From Monocercomonoides exilis PA203 (lineage: Eukaryota; Protista; Preaxostyla), in the NCBI GenBank assembly GCA_001643675.2, contig LSRY02000016.1, positions 1,488,001 to 1,552,000 of the forward strand: DNA of 64,000 nt, given 5' to 3'. This document shows, piece after piece, positions 47,101-58,017 of the stretch (positions are counted from its first letter, which is position 1; each line of letters starts with the position of its first letter). The notes beneath the pieces are model-generated. The model was not told the origin of the DNA. It made no database searches and saw nothing but the letters and a program-made list of their open reading frames with translations. The position numbers and the translations under genes are program-made.

Positions 47101-49046
47101 GCAGCAAAGGAGGATTATCAGTCAGCGGAGGATGGGCACTAATAAGCGAAGGATGGTTCGAGAATAACAATCCTTTGATTGATCGATTTCATTCTGTTCG
47201 AAGAAATGTTATATGTTCTGATGGTTGCCATTTGAATATCAATAATCCGAAAGGTGGTGATGGTGTGAAAAGCAGCCCATCAATGTGGGTGCTTAATAAA
47301 GGGTGCGAATTGGAAGGCTTGCTATCCGAGATTTCATCACCGTTATTTATTCCAGTGTTGAATACAATACAGACACAAGAAGCTGAAAATTCCATCAAAT
47401 TAAAATTTTATGGATCGCTTTTTCTTCCATGTAATCTTTCGTTTCAAATTGTTGCAGTGATCAATGGTGTCAATTCCATTGAAACTTATGAATTTGAAGC
47501 AGATGATTTCACATCTGAAAATGAAATTCATAAAACGATTTCATCGAATCTTCTATCAAGTGTTAACATTGAAGCAGAAGTATTTGCACACATTTTATTT
47601 GGTGATGCAAAAAATCCATCTTCAACTGATTCTTTCATTCTGAAGAACAGGAGTGAGTCTGAACAAAAAGGGGGCGAAAGATTAGTCGAAGGTGGAAAAG
47701 AAGGAAAATTTTATTTATTATTGATTGTTATAATTATGGCTGTTGTTCTATTGATTGTCCTTGCTGTGTCTATTGTATTCATTGTTCGATGGAAGAAGGT
47801 GAAGAATGAGGCAGAAGATCTGAGAGAGATTGTGAATGACAACATCAGAAAGGATCCGAAGGCGTTTGAGATGGTGACGATGGAGATGTCGCCTGAGGAG
47901 CAGTGGAGGAGAGCAGAGAATGAGGCAGAGAAGAAGAATGAAGAGAGGATAAAGAAGAGAGTGTATGAGAAAAGCTTGGGTCATTCAGAGTCATCAGAGC
48001 ATTTGTTGAGTGAGAGTGGTTCGACTGAATACATTTTGGGAAGAGACTCAGACAAGATTCCTCAATGGATGCTGGAAAAAGATGAGGAAGAGGAAATTCG
48101 AAAGCAGACTCCATCACCATCCATCTCATCCACTTCAACAACAGACACTTCAGACACAGAATCCACTTTTGTTCGAGGGGAGGATCTGTGCCCCACCACC
48201 TCATCGATGTCAAACTTGGTGGATGCAATGGCGTGCTCATCCCCTCATGAGAAGCTGATTGTGGATCTGAGGGATTCGCTGTTCATGCTGCTTCATGGAA
48301 GGAACAAGACAAAGGAGATGGCGATTGGGAGTTTGAAGGAGAGGGAGCAGACAGCTGCTCAGATCCTGTTCTGGGTGGCCAATCTTGCGCTCCATTCATT
48401 TGACGAAATGGAAAACGGATTATCTTCTCTTGCCAATTTGAGTCCCCACATTGTGCTGTTCTCGGAGCACATGGTCATCTGCGTTGCTCTCCACTCCGAC
48501 TGCTCGTCAGACTCTGACACTTCATCTGTCTCTTCAGCCTCCACCATTGCCACATCTTCCTCTGATGTTTCTGTGAAGAGCGAGAGATTCACAAAATCAC
48601 CTCCTCCTTCATCTGCCTTTGAGGATGAGGATGACAACAGAAAAGAGTGCATGAGGTGGAAGGCGCCAGAGCTGCTGATCAACAAGAATATGGGAGCAAC
48701 AAAGGAGTCGGTTGCCTTCTCGATTGGGATGATGCTGTGGGAGTGTCTGACACTGAATATCCCGTTTGGAGAATACGAGGCAGAAATTGCGGGGCAGAAG
48801 ATTGTGAATGGAGAAAGGCCAAATTTGCAGATGGTCAATTCTTCAACTTTGGCTGAAATTATCCAATCATGTGTTTCAGAAGACATCTCAAAACGACTCG
48901 AACTCACCGTTCTCAAGAGAGAGTTCATCCAGCGGTTTCCAAAAAATGCTGTGATATTCACTGTTTCTGATGCAGTTGATGTTGATGAAGTCACAAACAT
49001 CTCAGACAGCAAGCAAGAGCCAACAGTGAGCTTTGAGGTGCATTGA
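41199..49046 (+). CDS. Giant receptor-like protein (~2600 aa): signal peptide, Cys/GG-rich beta-helix-like ectodomain, TM, cytoplasmic TKL-like pseudokinase
   Basis: Intronless ORF; likely ATG at 41199 or 41214 before hydrophobic FLFIMIPMCLLLCS. TM at ~47709-47787. Kinase C-lobe motifs MRWKAPELL (48651), FSIGMMLWECLT..IPF and GERP; no recognisable GxGxxG, VAIK, HRD or DFG. Confidence 0.85.
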   Translation: MFREKMKFLFIMIPMCLLLCSNGICREVCAKSYDFSESKAFEVYELSKNTNDFNRKSMVSNCLFETFEQQQKCGINKAELFGTLTNDFTSLLMLENSTLNLLNMNCNWDEKSRLSEIDNSSSLSLADCDIHREDLTTRSFIESSGTLILSNVSIESGIQEMKQIYPLVEMSDNSLLSVRRCIFTSITVESSSMLFSGVSSSADISQCVFKNITKAPQDANKETALQRDENVENIKIEGCMFIFCDNPYYGAVIFPSSDSFVMTNSSFNSCLNYRNIEMNRSFYEKQTFSSGNVSFTDCFFKCSSNENGGALNVGGESTTCSILRCHFNECSVNNTNQNVSGGCFFFLDIFAASSVDSNYTHSYSSYCCGGCYLRNIKSVQMRYCIIAHCTSMFYSGMEIDFTIETVVQSCLIHHCNGPNKNGGLEVYSGKRFIKIIECYLHSCFTNLGGAIDFHRADHQIPFGSSISYCFFSNNTSTEQNYGRDITLFENWIGKIRDEDVVQCCSTSNKPRATDGGTNKDKWLHDPPISSESFIEFFVCSRRGQDLDGWGDRTRPFKTVSFCLSKRSGQKITVCRGEYEEGSINVGSFEMNLIGDGIDNSFLTSHDVHENLALFIVEGGELEVIRFSLVHSAEASSDASFLAMLDEGSAKFSHCEIKGNSEVSSTMFSVPFMDLRSGITHIDNCKFQNIYLRHNSLILNACVGNLEINGTSFSEIKRNAGNGSVFEIVVEDGENMQLSDLAIEKCSCAEGNGGAIKADMKSGSRLEICGTNLSNGEFTICSCSAKNGESEWGAGGGIMLDCRQGGSDFVLTSISFSENSATFGKNIFVVGTKLEEVCSASKFAFPLNETSLDELMGFESSEIGAAVPLILLWEPLPSVVIVSGRNGVDHIRCGFAISPCSTIEYAEKTNFSSFDRKIKIVPPFEFDRSSVLETRDCEIYVEAKGTVIEIVGDSSLPENGFIETRINADFSNITFQLPSTLPDGKPFLCCSKSILKLLDCGLGKISSEVVFQSTFCGVVGGQLNITNFLMTELSFDSSFVLSIGESSDAILDGINMTKASGTDKSLIVEEQKGAITVQNCTFESFEGRDCAIIMWKGGKDLKVKSTNMSSVTRQTGNGSGICLKCNDGDVSIVSCVECRFNLCAVDEEQSGGGGIYGIFEKGCEIEIDKSSFISCSAPGIAEGESKKGKGGGLLLDVTHQEAKFVISEPTFKHNSAEFGKNLFLFANDLNKSVTKDSFVFDYSEMKDDSTLFEGSDDNFTNEDLFRFLVQYTSNEIHVSARGLDVLRCGAEDDPCRTLWRGMKQIDLNGVNKTIIICESCVVSDLFDLSSFSVRSSSNDLDRAEMAILMFENLDAVRDNPTITSEKDLLLSEIGIQAKENYQSLNNVLLLCQNGLLELTHCKFDSLSTPNAPLSASFVRIDCGRLDINELNVESINIGRSMIVVNDFKEISITDIEVRSCNISGGSICETSHSNERSGNSEGARITVTDSVFEALNGLTDESRAMSFKDTTNIDVLLNESVFSACQSTKNQKGGTIMIELEANGCLQFTQCTIEKSGCSTTNGIGGGLFLRTDLKSDLDFLIEPTKFDANTAFVGRDVFVECESLESQINEKHFRIHFNESFIRQNALFGIDRSDFSSEPVDLLNFILIYQSDTIIVSSDVENKGEDSRNCGTRVLPCISIGYGLCHLTDVFESRLIIDKSSSIEQEVELKGVVVASRNRNVAQIRVCLSQRINGNAVVVCSGASEMHLLSFLFSSPISSPHISFISATEDMLIIEDCLFGCENELSDVSIPFSLINISNVELIMNNISISDVVFDCDSLISIEKCERDVSIEKLLINNVTADNNLLLIRGDEFPLSDEARTILISDSRFMNTNCHSNVGSTIFIQSVAAPFQLCNSVFDNCKSSSEKGSTMSVNFCLDVSISSCIFNGDINFNESNDAINEDVCKWNCSFVDVVDTSMKMTGTSISNCSKGGLSVSGGWALISEGWFENNNPLIDRFHSVRRNVICSDGCHLNINNPKGGDGVKSSPSMWVLNKGCELEGLLSEISSPLFIPVLNTIQTQEAENSIKLKFYGSLFLPCNLSFQIVAVINGVNSIETYEFEADDFTSENEIHKTISSNLLSSVNIEAEVFAHILFGDAKNPSSTDSFILKNRSESEQKGGERLVEGGKEGKFYLLLIVIIMAVVLLIVLAVSIVFIVRWKKVKNEAEDLREIVNDNIRKDPKAFEMVTMEMSPEEQWRRAENEAEKKNEERIKKRVYEKSLGHSESSEHLLSESGSTEYILGRDSDKIPQWMLEKDEEEEIRKQTPSPSISSTSTTDTSDTESTFVRGEDLCPTTSSMSNLVDAMACSSPHEKLIVDLRDSLFMLLHGRNKTKEMAIGSLKEREQTAAQILFWVANLALHSFDEMENGLSSLANLSPHIVLFSEHMVICVALHSDCSSDSDTSSVSSASTIATSSSDVSVKSERFTKSPPPSSAFEDEDDNRKECMRWKAPELLINKNMGATKESVAFSIGMMLWECLTLNIPFGEYEAEIAGQKIVNGERPNLQMVNSSTLAEIIQSCVSEDISKRLELTVLKREFIQRFPKNAVIFTVSDAVDVDEVTNISDSKQEPTVSFEVH

Positions 49047-50243
49047 AAAGCTATTGAAAAATCATAATGTTTTAAAAAAAGATTGATCAAAGTTGTTCAA
49101 TTCATTAACGTGATCATTAATTTCAGTTCATTCGGAACAAGAATGATTTGTACAAATAGCAATCTTTTCACAAAGGAAATTTTCTCATTTGCTTTTTCTT
49201 TTCAATATTGTGACATTTATAGAATTTCATTATATATATACACATTTTAAGAATTTTGTGATTTTGCAAACAACTTTGAGAAAACTGTTATTTATTGATT
49301 TTTTAAGTTCATGCATATCACAGAATCTCAAAACAAGAATATCAATACCAACAAATACATTTTTGAATTTTTTGTTATTATATTTGTCTGATTTTAAATT
49401 CACTTTGGTTTTTATTTGATTTCCATCCAGAAAATTCATCTTCCCCTTCAATCAATTATCGAAAATTTTGAGTGCTCGTTTCAAATAAAGACTGAAGTTC
49501 AACATTTTTCATTTATCAGTCATTTGTATTCCCATGAACTTGAATGTTATTTGTTCCTTGCTGTTTTCGATGAGAAGCAATAACTTCGTAAATTGATTTA
49601 TTTTTTCCCTTTTAAAAGTTTGTTCAACCGCAAATCAATTCGTCTTAAACCGTGAATATTGATCAACTTCCAAACAATATTTGTTTGAGAGCGCTTTAAT
49701 AAATGAGTGTATTATCTTGAAAGTGATAAAAATTTTTGTGAGTCTATTCATTGCCTTTTTTTTCAATCAATAATGGTCAGTCATTTCATGGAATTTTTTC
49801 TTTTTGTCGCACTTTTTTTTTGTTTTTGCTTTCCAATCATTCAACAAAGCTTGATGGGACTCAACACTTGGACAAGTGTTCTAATCAAACTAGCACATTT
49901 TATTACTGGTTTATTTTTTGCTTTTTGTTTATAACATGCGGAGATTTAGCAATTTTTTTTTTTTCCATTTTCAAGTGACTTTTTTCAGCCGAAGAAGCAT
50001 TTCACTTATTAAAGAAATATATTTTTTAAAACAGCAAGCATTTTCCTTATTTGTATTGAAAATCAAAAGATTTGCTCCCTGTTTTTTTCTTGGTTTTTAT
50101 TAAATATAAGTTTTTTATAAAAATGAAAACACAAATTTGAAAATCTCTTTGTTATAAAAATGATGAGTTGAAAATAAGAGTGTGAAACGGGTGAATTTTT
50201 TTATTAAAACGATTCTTTTTTCGGAGTGTTGATTCGATAAAGG

Positions 50244-51500
50244 CATTACACAAAAAATTGTTCTAAATCGAAAAACTTAAATTCAACATTGAAAAAATTT
50301 AATTCAAGATCGAAAAACTTTAATTCGAAATCGAAAATATTTAATTCTACATCGAACATTTTTTGTCGAGAAAAAAATTTGAAAAAAAAAATTAAAAATT
50401 CATACTCATGTCAGTTTCTTTTCTTTCAGTTATTGATCTGAGAAATTTGTCAATTTCAATTAGAAAAATATTTTTTGATCTTTATTTTAGTGTTTGATTG
50501 CATTCAATAGCGTTATTATAAAAAAATTGAATATTTTTTTATTCTTCACATGTGCTCAGAATATATTGAGCTATTTTTGCAAAAAATAAAAGTGATAGGA
50601 TAGTTCATGATCTTGTTTTGTGCACAAAAAATCAAAATTTTATTTCATTTACGGAAAATTAAATATTATGTATTTCATTTATAGCATTTGAAATTGATAA
50701 AATATGGAGGATAATATTTTTCTTCAGGCATTTTGATTGAAAAATTATGTAATTTTCATTGACTTTTTAAGATCAAAAAACACAATAAAAATGGGTCCTT
50801 TTTTGACATTCGTGAAATGCAATAATACTTAATGGTTTGATTTCAACTGTGCCAGTTTACGGACATGAATTTTAAATTTATTTTTAAATCTGAGAAAGCG
50901 AAATAAAGTTATGAACGAAGCAATTTTTCAATGCCTTATGCATAAATAGCTTGAAAGTTCGTATTTACCCCCATATATCATATTCAATATTAAAAATGAG
51001 AAAAGAATCGATTGATATCAGTTGATATCGAAGAAAACAGTTGAAAAACGAAAGAAAAACATTTCCGATAAATAAGCATCTGTTACAATAAACATTTGGG
51101 TCAAAATATTTGACTTCAGGCATTTTCATTGAAATATTATGCATCTCCAATGAACTTTTTGTGATCAAAAATTTAGATATAAATGGATTTTTTTTTAGAA
51201 ATACATTTGATGTCACAAAACATAATGTTTTTATATCATTGATGTTTGTTAACGGATATGAAAATAAAATTCTTTTTGAAATGTGAGAAAATATAATAAA
51301 GTTATAAGTGAAGCAATTTTTTCATGCTTTGTGCTAAAAAAGCTTGAAAGTCGGTATTTTCCCCCAATCGTTTCAATAAAACATTTTTGGTTTTGACTTG
51401 AATTGAAATTCTGAACTAATCAACTTCTTTTTCGATGTTGTATAAAATTTTTTCGATCTTGAATTAAACTTTTTCGATTTTGAATAATTTTTGTGGTGTG
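50244..51500. mobile_element. Foldback/MITE-like element: inverted ends built from 21-bp tandem subrepeats
   Basis: ATCGAAAAA(C/A)TT(T/A)AATTCAAG-like units start at 50267, 50288, 50309, 50330 and 50351. Inverted units have CGAT at 51433, 51454 and 51475, and both arrays are flanked by CACAAAAA(A)TT(G/A)TTC in opposite orientation. No coding capacity; TSD not resolved. Confidence 0.6.
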
Positions 51501-51634
51501 TAACAAAATAAAATGTTACAATAGCAATGAAGTTCGTATTCAGATGTAAAAATCAATTTATTATGAAATCTGAGAAAGTTATATAAATAAACATGCGATT
51601 CAGTTTTAATGACTTTGTGCTATTGAGCTTAAAA
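50886..51634 (+). repeat. Dispersed ~70-90-bp direct repeats (50886-50971, 51279-51365, partial 51567-51634)
   Basis: Shared AAAT(C/G)TGAGAAA...AATAAAGTTAT...GAAGCAATTTTT...AGCTTGAAAGT..GTATTT.CCCCC. Confidence 0.65.
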
Positions 51635-52429
51635 ATAAAAATTATGAACTATAAATAGAATATGATTATTCCCGAAATTTCCAACATTTGCACGAATGTT
51701 TTTTTAGCATTTGAATGATTATTAATAGAGTCCAATATTTTTCGTAATGAAAATTTTCGTTCGGTTTTAACTACAAGGAAAAAAATATCGTTTTTAATTA
51801 GATGACTCATCAACAGAATTGACTTTTATTTTTTGAAAAGAATGAAAGAAAGATCAAGATTGATAAAAAAAAGTGTTATAATTTTTCTGAGCTCATTTGC
51901 ATGTTTATCAAAGCTATATTTTCGCTCAGAGATTTTTTCCTTAAAAAACAAATTTAAAAATAAAATTATCACCAATGAACTTTTTTTGTTTTGGCAGTAT
52001 ATGTAAATAAATGGTGCAAAGTTAAAAAAAAATTAACATACACAGAAGTTATTAATAATGCCTCATTTATGAGTTATTCTTTAAATCATAATAGACTTGA
52101 GAAGTTGAAAACAACATATATCTGTCAAATTTTTGAAGAAAAAAGTTGAGAAGTTTGTAAGGCACATAATAATAATATATTTATTCATCCCAAAAATTTG
52201 TCTATGTTAAAGTGTTGGAAATTTCTAATATATGGCTTTTGGAGAATTGTTTGTTATTCTTTTTCAAAAAATATACGCACATATTAAAAAATATCAAATA
52301 TTCAATGATGAAACAATATAATCAAATTCCATTGGAATTTATCTCGTTTCATTATTGTTTTTTTATTTTTCAAAAAGAATTGATTATATTATAAGTGGTG
52401 GGAAAGATCTACCGTTTCAGTTTTCAGAA

Positions 52430-55400
52430 ATGAAAATATTGTTATCTCCTGTAGATTCATATTTGGGACGGGCTTTGTACCGTTTTTTATCAAAGAGCAA
52501 AAAGTTTCGGAGACACGAAATAATTGGCTCATTTCTTGATGAAACACATCCTCAATTTAAACCAAATTCTATCTCACGTTGGGTTTCAGTTTGATATTAT
52601 TTCAAATACATCAGTATTTAGGCTCATATCATATGTTTGCTTATGTTTACATTAAGATTTCTCGTCCAGATGAATTTAAGGCTGCAGTATTAGAATGTGA
52701 TGCATTTTTATTTGAATTGAAATACAAGCTTGATGCTGCATCTGCTGCGCTGGATATTCTTACAGAAGCTAAAATAAAAAAAGATAAAACGTTTATTGTC
52801 TTGTCTTCATTTATGACATGGGCTAAAACAGAAAAAAATCAAATTGTTTGCTTCATTAAAAAAATGGTGTTAATTTCCTTGAAAAAATATATATCCTTTC
52901 CATAGGATCCTGACGAAGAAGACGGAGGATTAGTTCAACCGTTTACCGAAGAAGATAGAAAAAAGAGATGCCCTCATCAACTGTTTCGAGAGACAATTCG
53001 ATTTGAAAGAACAGTAGCACATAAAAACGGAATTCATAGAGGAAGACTTCGGACAGTTATCCTTTGCATGGGACATTTATATGGCGATGGAGAGGATGCA
53101 TTTCATGATTGGTATCGCCAAGCTTGGGAAGGAAAAAATCCCAGATTACCAATTTATGGAGATGGAAGTAACACACTTCCATGCATCCATGTAAGAGATG
53201 TGTGCCAAATAGCAGGACATGTCATAACAGAGCCACAAGAAGAACCACTTTTGCTGTGCGTGGATTCAGGACGGTATACTCAAAAAGAAATAGTTACTGC
53301 AATTAGTTCAAAGCTTGGAACAGGTGAAGTTGAATATATTCCAGAGTCAGAATGCATAAAGGTTTCTGGGTGATGGGAATTGGACGAGAGCTTGTACATT
53401 CTATTTTTTTTTTTTTTTCTCTTTGCAACCAAATATAGATAAATGGCCGTTCCATTTTTTTATGAAAAAGATATTTGATTAATCTTTAAAATAAAACGTG
53501 ATTATTTTATTTTATCGTTCATTTTTTTAATTTTATATTGTTTTTATTTTGTGGTTCGTCATTTATGACAATAATTATTGTAATTATTATTTTTGCTTTA
53601 ATAACAATAATAATAATAATCGTCATCGCCTTCATCATCATCACTATGTTCTTCTTCTTCTTTTTATTATTATTCCTCTTCCTCCTCTTCCTCTTCCCCA
53701 TCCCCTCCCTCCCTCTTTTCACACAGCACCCCCAAACCTCGTTTCTTCTCGCCGATGTCCCAATGGCAGGAAACATCGTCCACTCCTTCGAAGAAATCCA
53801 GTGGCATTGCACAAACATGCTGAAGCAGATGAACAAAATAATTACTGAATACAAACAAGAGAGAAGACTAACTCCACTCAAAATTCTTGTTTCGGGGCCG
53901 CCGTGCTGCGGAAAGACGAAAGCAGCGCAAAGAATAGCAGAAGAGTATAAATTGAAGTGCTTTGACAAATTGTCGATGGTGAAGCACTTTCTGGAGGAGG
54001 TGGTATGTGTTTGTTGTTATTATTATTATAAAAAATATAAAAAATTTGATGGAATATTGTCCATTTCAATATAAAATTATTTTATTTTGTCTATTTAACT
54101 TTTTATTTATTGAATATTTTAAAATTTTTTTTTCTATTTCTATTTCTATTTTATTTTATTTTATTTTATTTTCTATCTGAATTTGACTATCAAAATTCTT
54201 ATTCTAATAATCTATAGCCCGATCCTGTACCAGAAGTGAAAGAAGAAAAGAAAAAAGCGAAAGAAGGCGCAAGTGAAGAAGAAGGAGGAAACGGAGGAGA
54301 AGAAGAAGAGGCAGAAGAGGCAGCGGAGGAAGAAGACGAAGAAACAAAGCTGAAGAAGATGGTTGTTATTGGCGATTTGGCTGATAAACAGGAAATTAAG
54401 AGGAAAATCATTGAATTTATTCTGAATGAGAGGAAGACGGTTGAAGAGAGGGAGAAAGAGCAGAAGAATTTAGAGGCAGCAAATCGATTGGAAGGGGATG
54501 AAGCGAAAGACGCAGAGAAAGAAGAAGAAGAGGAAGCGAAAAAGGGAAAGAAAGGGAAGAAGAGGAGGAAGGAGAAAGAAGGAGAAAATGAAAATAACAC
54601 AGAACAAACTGTTGATTCAACGACAACATCCTCCTCAAATTCTTCTTCTTCCTCCTCCTCTTCCTCTCTTCCTCCTCTCCCCCCTCCTTTCCCTCACATC
54701 AGCTCTGTTTCAGACGCCGAAATCTGCTCTTTGTCTTTCCCCCGGTCTCTTCTCATTGAAATGGCGAGGCGTGTTGTTCGCACACAGGTCTGTCTGCAGC
54801 ATGGGTATGTTCTTGTTTGCCCCGCGAGGACGAAAGGGGAAATGAAATATCTGTTTTCGAGGACGAAAGAAGAGAAGTTGAGAGAAAAAAGATTGGCAGA
54901 GCTGGCGGGAGAGGAGGAAGGAGGAGAAGAAGGAGAAGGAGAGGAAGGAGAAGGGGAGGAAGAAGATGAAGAAGAGAATGAGAACGAAGAGGAAGGAGAA
55001 GGGAATGAAGAAGGAGGAGAGTTTAAGCCCGGAAAACCACACTGGGAAGAAGGAGATGGAGTGATAGAGGAAGATTTTGAGTACTTTCCGTATGTTCCAA
55101 AGAAGAAAGAGAAGAAGAAGAGGAGGAGGAGCAATGAAGCAGGAGAGGGAGAAGGAGAAGGGGAAGGGGGAGAACAAGGAGAAGAAATGGAAGGAGGAGA
55201 AAGAGAGGAAGAACAAGAAGGAGAAGGAGAAGGAGAAGAAGAGGAAGGAAGAAATGCGAAGAAGATGCGAAAGATCATCTACCGTCTGAACAAAAAGATC
55301 TGTCCAGATCTTTTCATAGAGCTTGTGGCATCAGATGAGGAAATATTGAGGCGGGCGGTTGAAAAAGGGTATGATATTTATCCACCACCGCCTCCGCCGC

Positions 55401-57373
55401 CTCCTGTGAAGTATATTGTGGAAGAGAGATCGCAAACAGAGAGATCGGCGAAGGTGAATGAGGGAGGAAGAGAAGGAGAAGAAGGAGAAGAAGAAGGAAG
55501 GGAAGGAAGGGAAGGAGAAGAAGGAGAAGAAGGAGAAGGAGGAAGGAGAGAAAGAGGAGAAGGAGAAGGAGAAGAAGAAGAAGAGCCAGAATTGTTGGAA
55601 GGGGAAGAAGGAAATAGAACGGAAAGAGAAAGAGGAGAAGAGGAAGGAGAAGAAGGAGAAGCGAATGAGGAAAAGGGAGACGAAGAGGAAGGTGAAGAAG
55701 AAAAAGGAGATGAAGAAGAGGAGGAGGAGAAAGACGAAGATGAGGAAGAGGAAGAAGACGATGACGAAGATTCTGAAGAGAAGAAAGAGAGAGAAGAAAG
55801 AGAGAAAGAAGAGAAAGAAGCCGAAGAAGAGAAAAAGCGCAAAGCGAAAGAAGAAGAAGAAGAAGAAGCAGAGCAATCCATTCCGAAACCTCCAAGGCCA
55901 TTTACATTCTTTGAAGTTGTTGTGAAATGGAGAGAGGCGAATAAAGTGAGCAGCTGTTTGAACAGTCTTTGCGGAAGAAGCGTTCGTTTTGGGCTGGGGC
56001 CGACGGAGGAAGAGAAGGAGATGCTGAAGCAGCTGAGCTTACTGTCTTCTTCTGATTCAGAGAATGGGGAAGAAGATGGAGGAGAAGGAGGAAGAAGAGA
56101 AAGAGAAAGAGGAGGAGGAAGAGAAGGAGAAGGAGAAGGAAAAGAATCTGGCAATGCAAAGCAGGAATCTTCGCTTTCTCAGCTTCTTTCGCTCTATTCG
56201 AACCAGAAGCTGAACAAAGGGGTGCGGGACTGGGTGAACGAGAACGATATTTTTGGGCATTTTGTGAGTGTGGAGAAAGTGAGAGGAGAAGAAGAAGGAA
56301 GAGAAGTGATAGAGGCAGACAATGAAGCAGCAGCAGAAGTGGCGAATGAGCTGGAGATGAGGAGGATGACGCTGTTGAAAGAGGAGGTGCTGAAGATGAA
56401 GATGAAGAGGGAGGAGGAGGAGAGGAGGAGGAAGGAGCAGGAGGAGAGGGAGGAACAAGAGGAAGGGGAACAAGGAGAACAAGGAGAACAAGGAAATAAT
56501 GAAACACAAGCAAATTCATCGTCGTCGTCGTCATCAGGAGAAGCTATCAATTCATCATCATCATCTTCTTCTTCCTCTTCTTCTTTTGTCTCTTCCGTCC
56601 CTCCTTTGCCTGTCACTTCATCCTCTCCGTTGTCTTCTCTTGTCGAGTTCAAACAGCTTGAGGCAGCTGTTTCTACTGTGCAGAGCTATCTTCAGCAGCG
56701 GCGCCCTCATCTTTTCGTTCCTCCTCCGCCTCTTCCTGAACAGCAGGTTGTCGTTGTGTCTTCATTAGATGAGATTCCAACTTCTTCTTCTTCAAATTCT
56801 TCTTCCATGTCAACTCTTCCTCCTACTTCTTTGCCTGCTCCTTCGTTCCTTTCTCTCAAAACACACAATGCTGATTTATCGCCATCATCATCTGCTTCTT
56901 ATCTTTCAAATCTTCCTTCTTCTTCTTCTGCTTCTGCTTCAGCTTCTTCTTCTTCTTCTTCTCTTTCTCCTCTTTCTCCTCTTCTTTGTGACTCTTCCTC
57001 TGTCTGGGCGTCAGTTCTGAAGTACATTGGCCCTCCACATCACTACGGCCCCTCTGAAGACGAAGTGAGAGAGGCAGAAGAGAAGAAGAGAAGAGAGATA
57101 GAAGAAAGAGTTAGGCTTATTCGACAGCAGGAAGAAGAAGAAAGAGCCGAGCAGCTGAGGAAGAAGCAGGCGCAGGAGACGAAAGAGGCAGAGAGGGCGA
57201 TTGAGATTGAGCGGCAGCTGGCGATCAGAAGAGAAGAAGACGCAAAGCCGACGAGGCAGTATTTGATGACGAGGGTGGTGCCGACGTTTACGAGGGCGCT
57301 GCAGGAAATAGCTAAGCTGAGGCCGGAAGATCCGGTGGAGTATCTGGCGGATTATATTTGCAGGCAGATTTGA
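52430..57373 (+). CDS. AK7: Adenylate kinase 7-like axonemal protein (Rossmann-like N-terminus, AK P-loop, coiled coil, Dpy-30 motif), 5 exons
   Basis: MKILLSPVDSYLG, SSFMTWAKT, PFTEEDRKKR, GHLYGDGE...LPIYGDGSNTLPCIHVRD, P-loop GPPCCGKT (53895), and C-terminal PTRQYLMTRVVPTFTRALQEIAKLRPEDPVEYLADYI (Dpy-30). Canonical GT-AG introns. Confidence 0.85.
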
Positions 57374-57736
57374 AGGCAGAGGGGAGAGAAAGGGAAGGGG
57401 AAAGGGAAAGGGAAAGTGGGAGGGAGGAGAGGAGATGAGGAAATGGAGGAGAGGAGGAGGAGAATGAGAAGGGAAAAATGAAAATGAAGTGAAATAATTT
57501 CTCATTCTTCTTACAATTTCAAAAAGAATTTATTGTAAAATAGTTCAGATTTCACTTATTTCTTCTTATTCTTATTCTTCTTCTTCTTGTAGAAAAATTT
57601 ATTTCTCTTGTATCAAAGCAGTACTCAAATTTTTAAATTTCTCGTTGTTTTTTTTTATTTTTTTCTTTTCTTTTAAGAAGAAAATGTTTGAATTTTTTAT
57701 TTTTTCACTTCTAAAATTATTCTTTTTCACCTCACA

Positions 57737-57773
<37 letters not shown>

Positions 57774-58017
57774 AAAGGAAAGGGAAAAGGAAAAGCAAAA
57801 GGAAAAGGAAAAAAAGGGGAAAAAAGGGGAAAAAAGGGGAAAAAATGGAAAAAAAAGGAAAAATTATCTAATGCAAATTATCATAAGCATTTGTTTTCCT
57901 TTAGCAATAAACATATATATATCATCTTACAGACTCATTCATTTAACATATCAAACATTGCAAAAGCAACTCAATTCAACATTTTTTATTATTATTATCA
58001 TAATAATAATTATAATT

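Noticed and set aside
50267-50372. Regular 21-bp repeats as a CRISPR array
   Set aside because: Head-to-tail degenerate units without unique spacers, no cas genes, and a eukaryotic context.
54199-57505. Many long antisense or alternative-frame ORFs rich in S, F, L and P (also within 7126-13668, 24785-29589 and 41109-49046)
   Set aside because: Shadows of low-complexity or stop-poor coding sequence on the opposite strand or frame.
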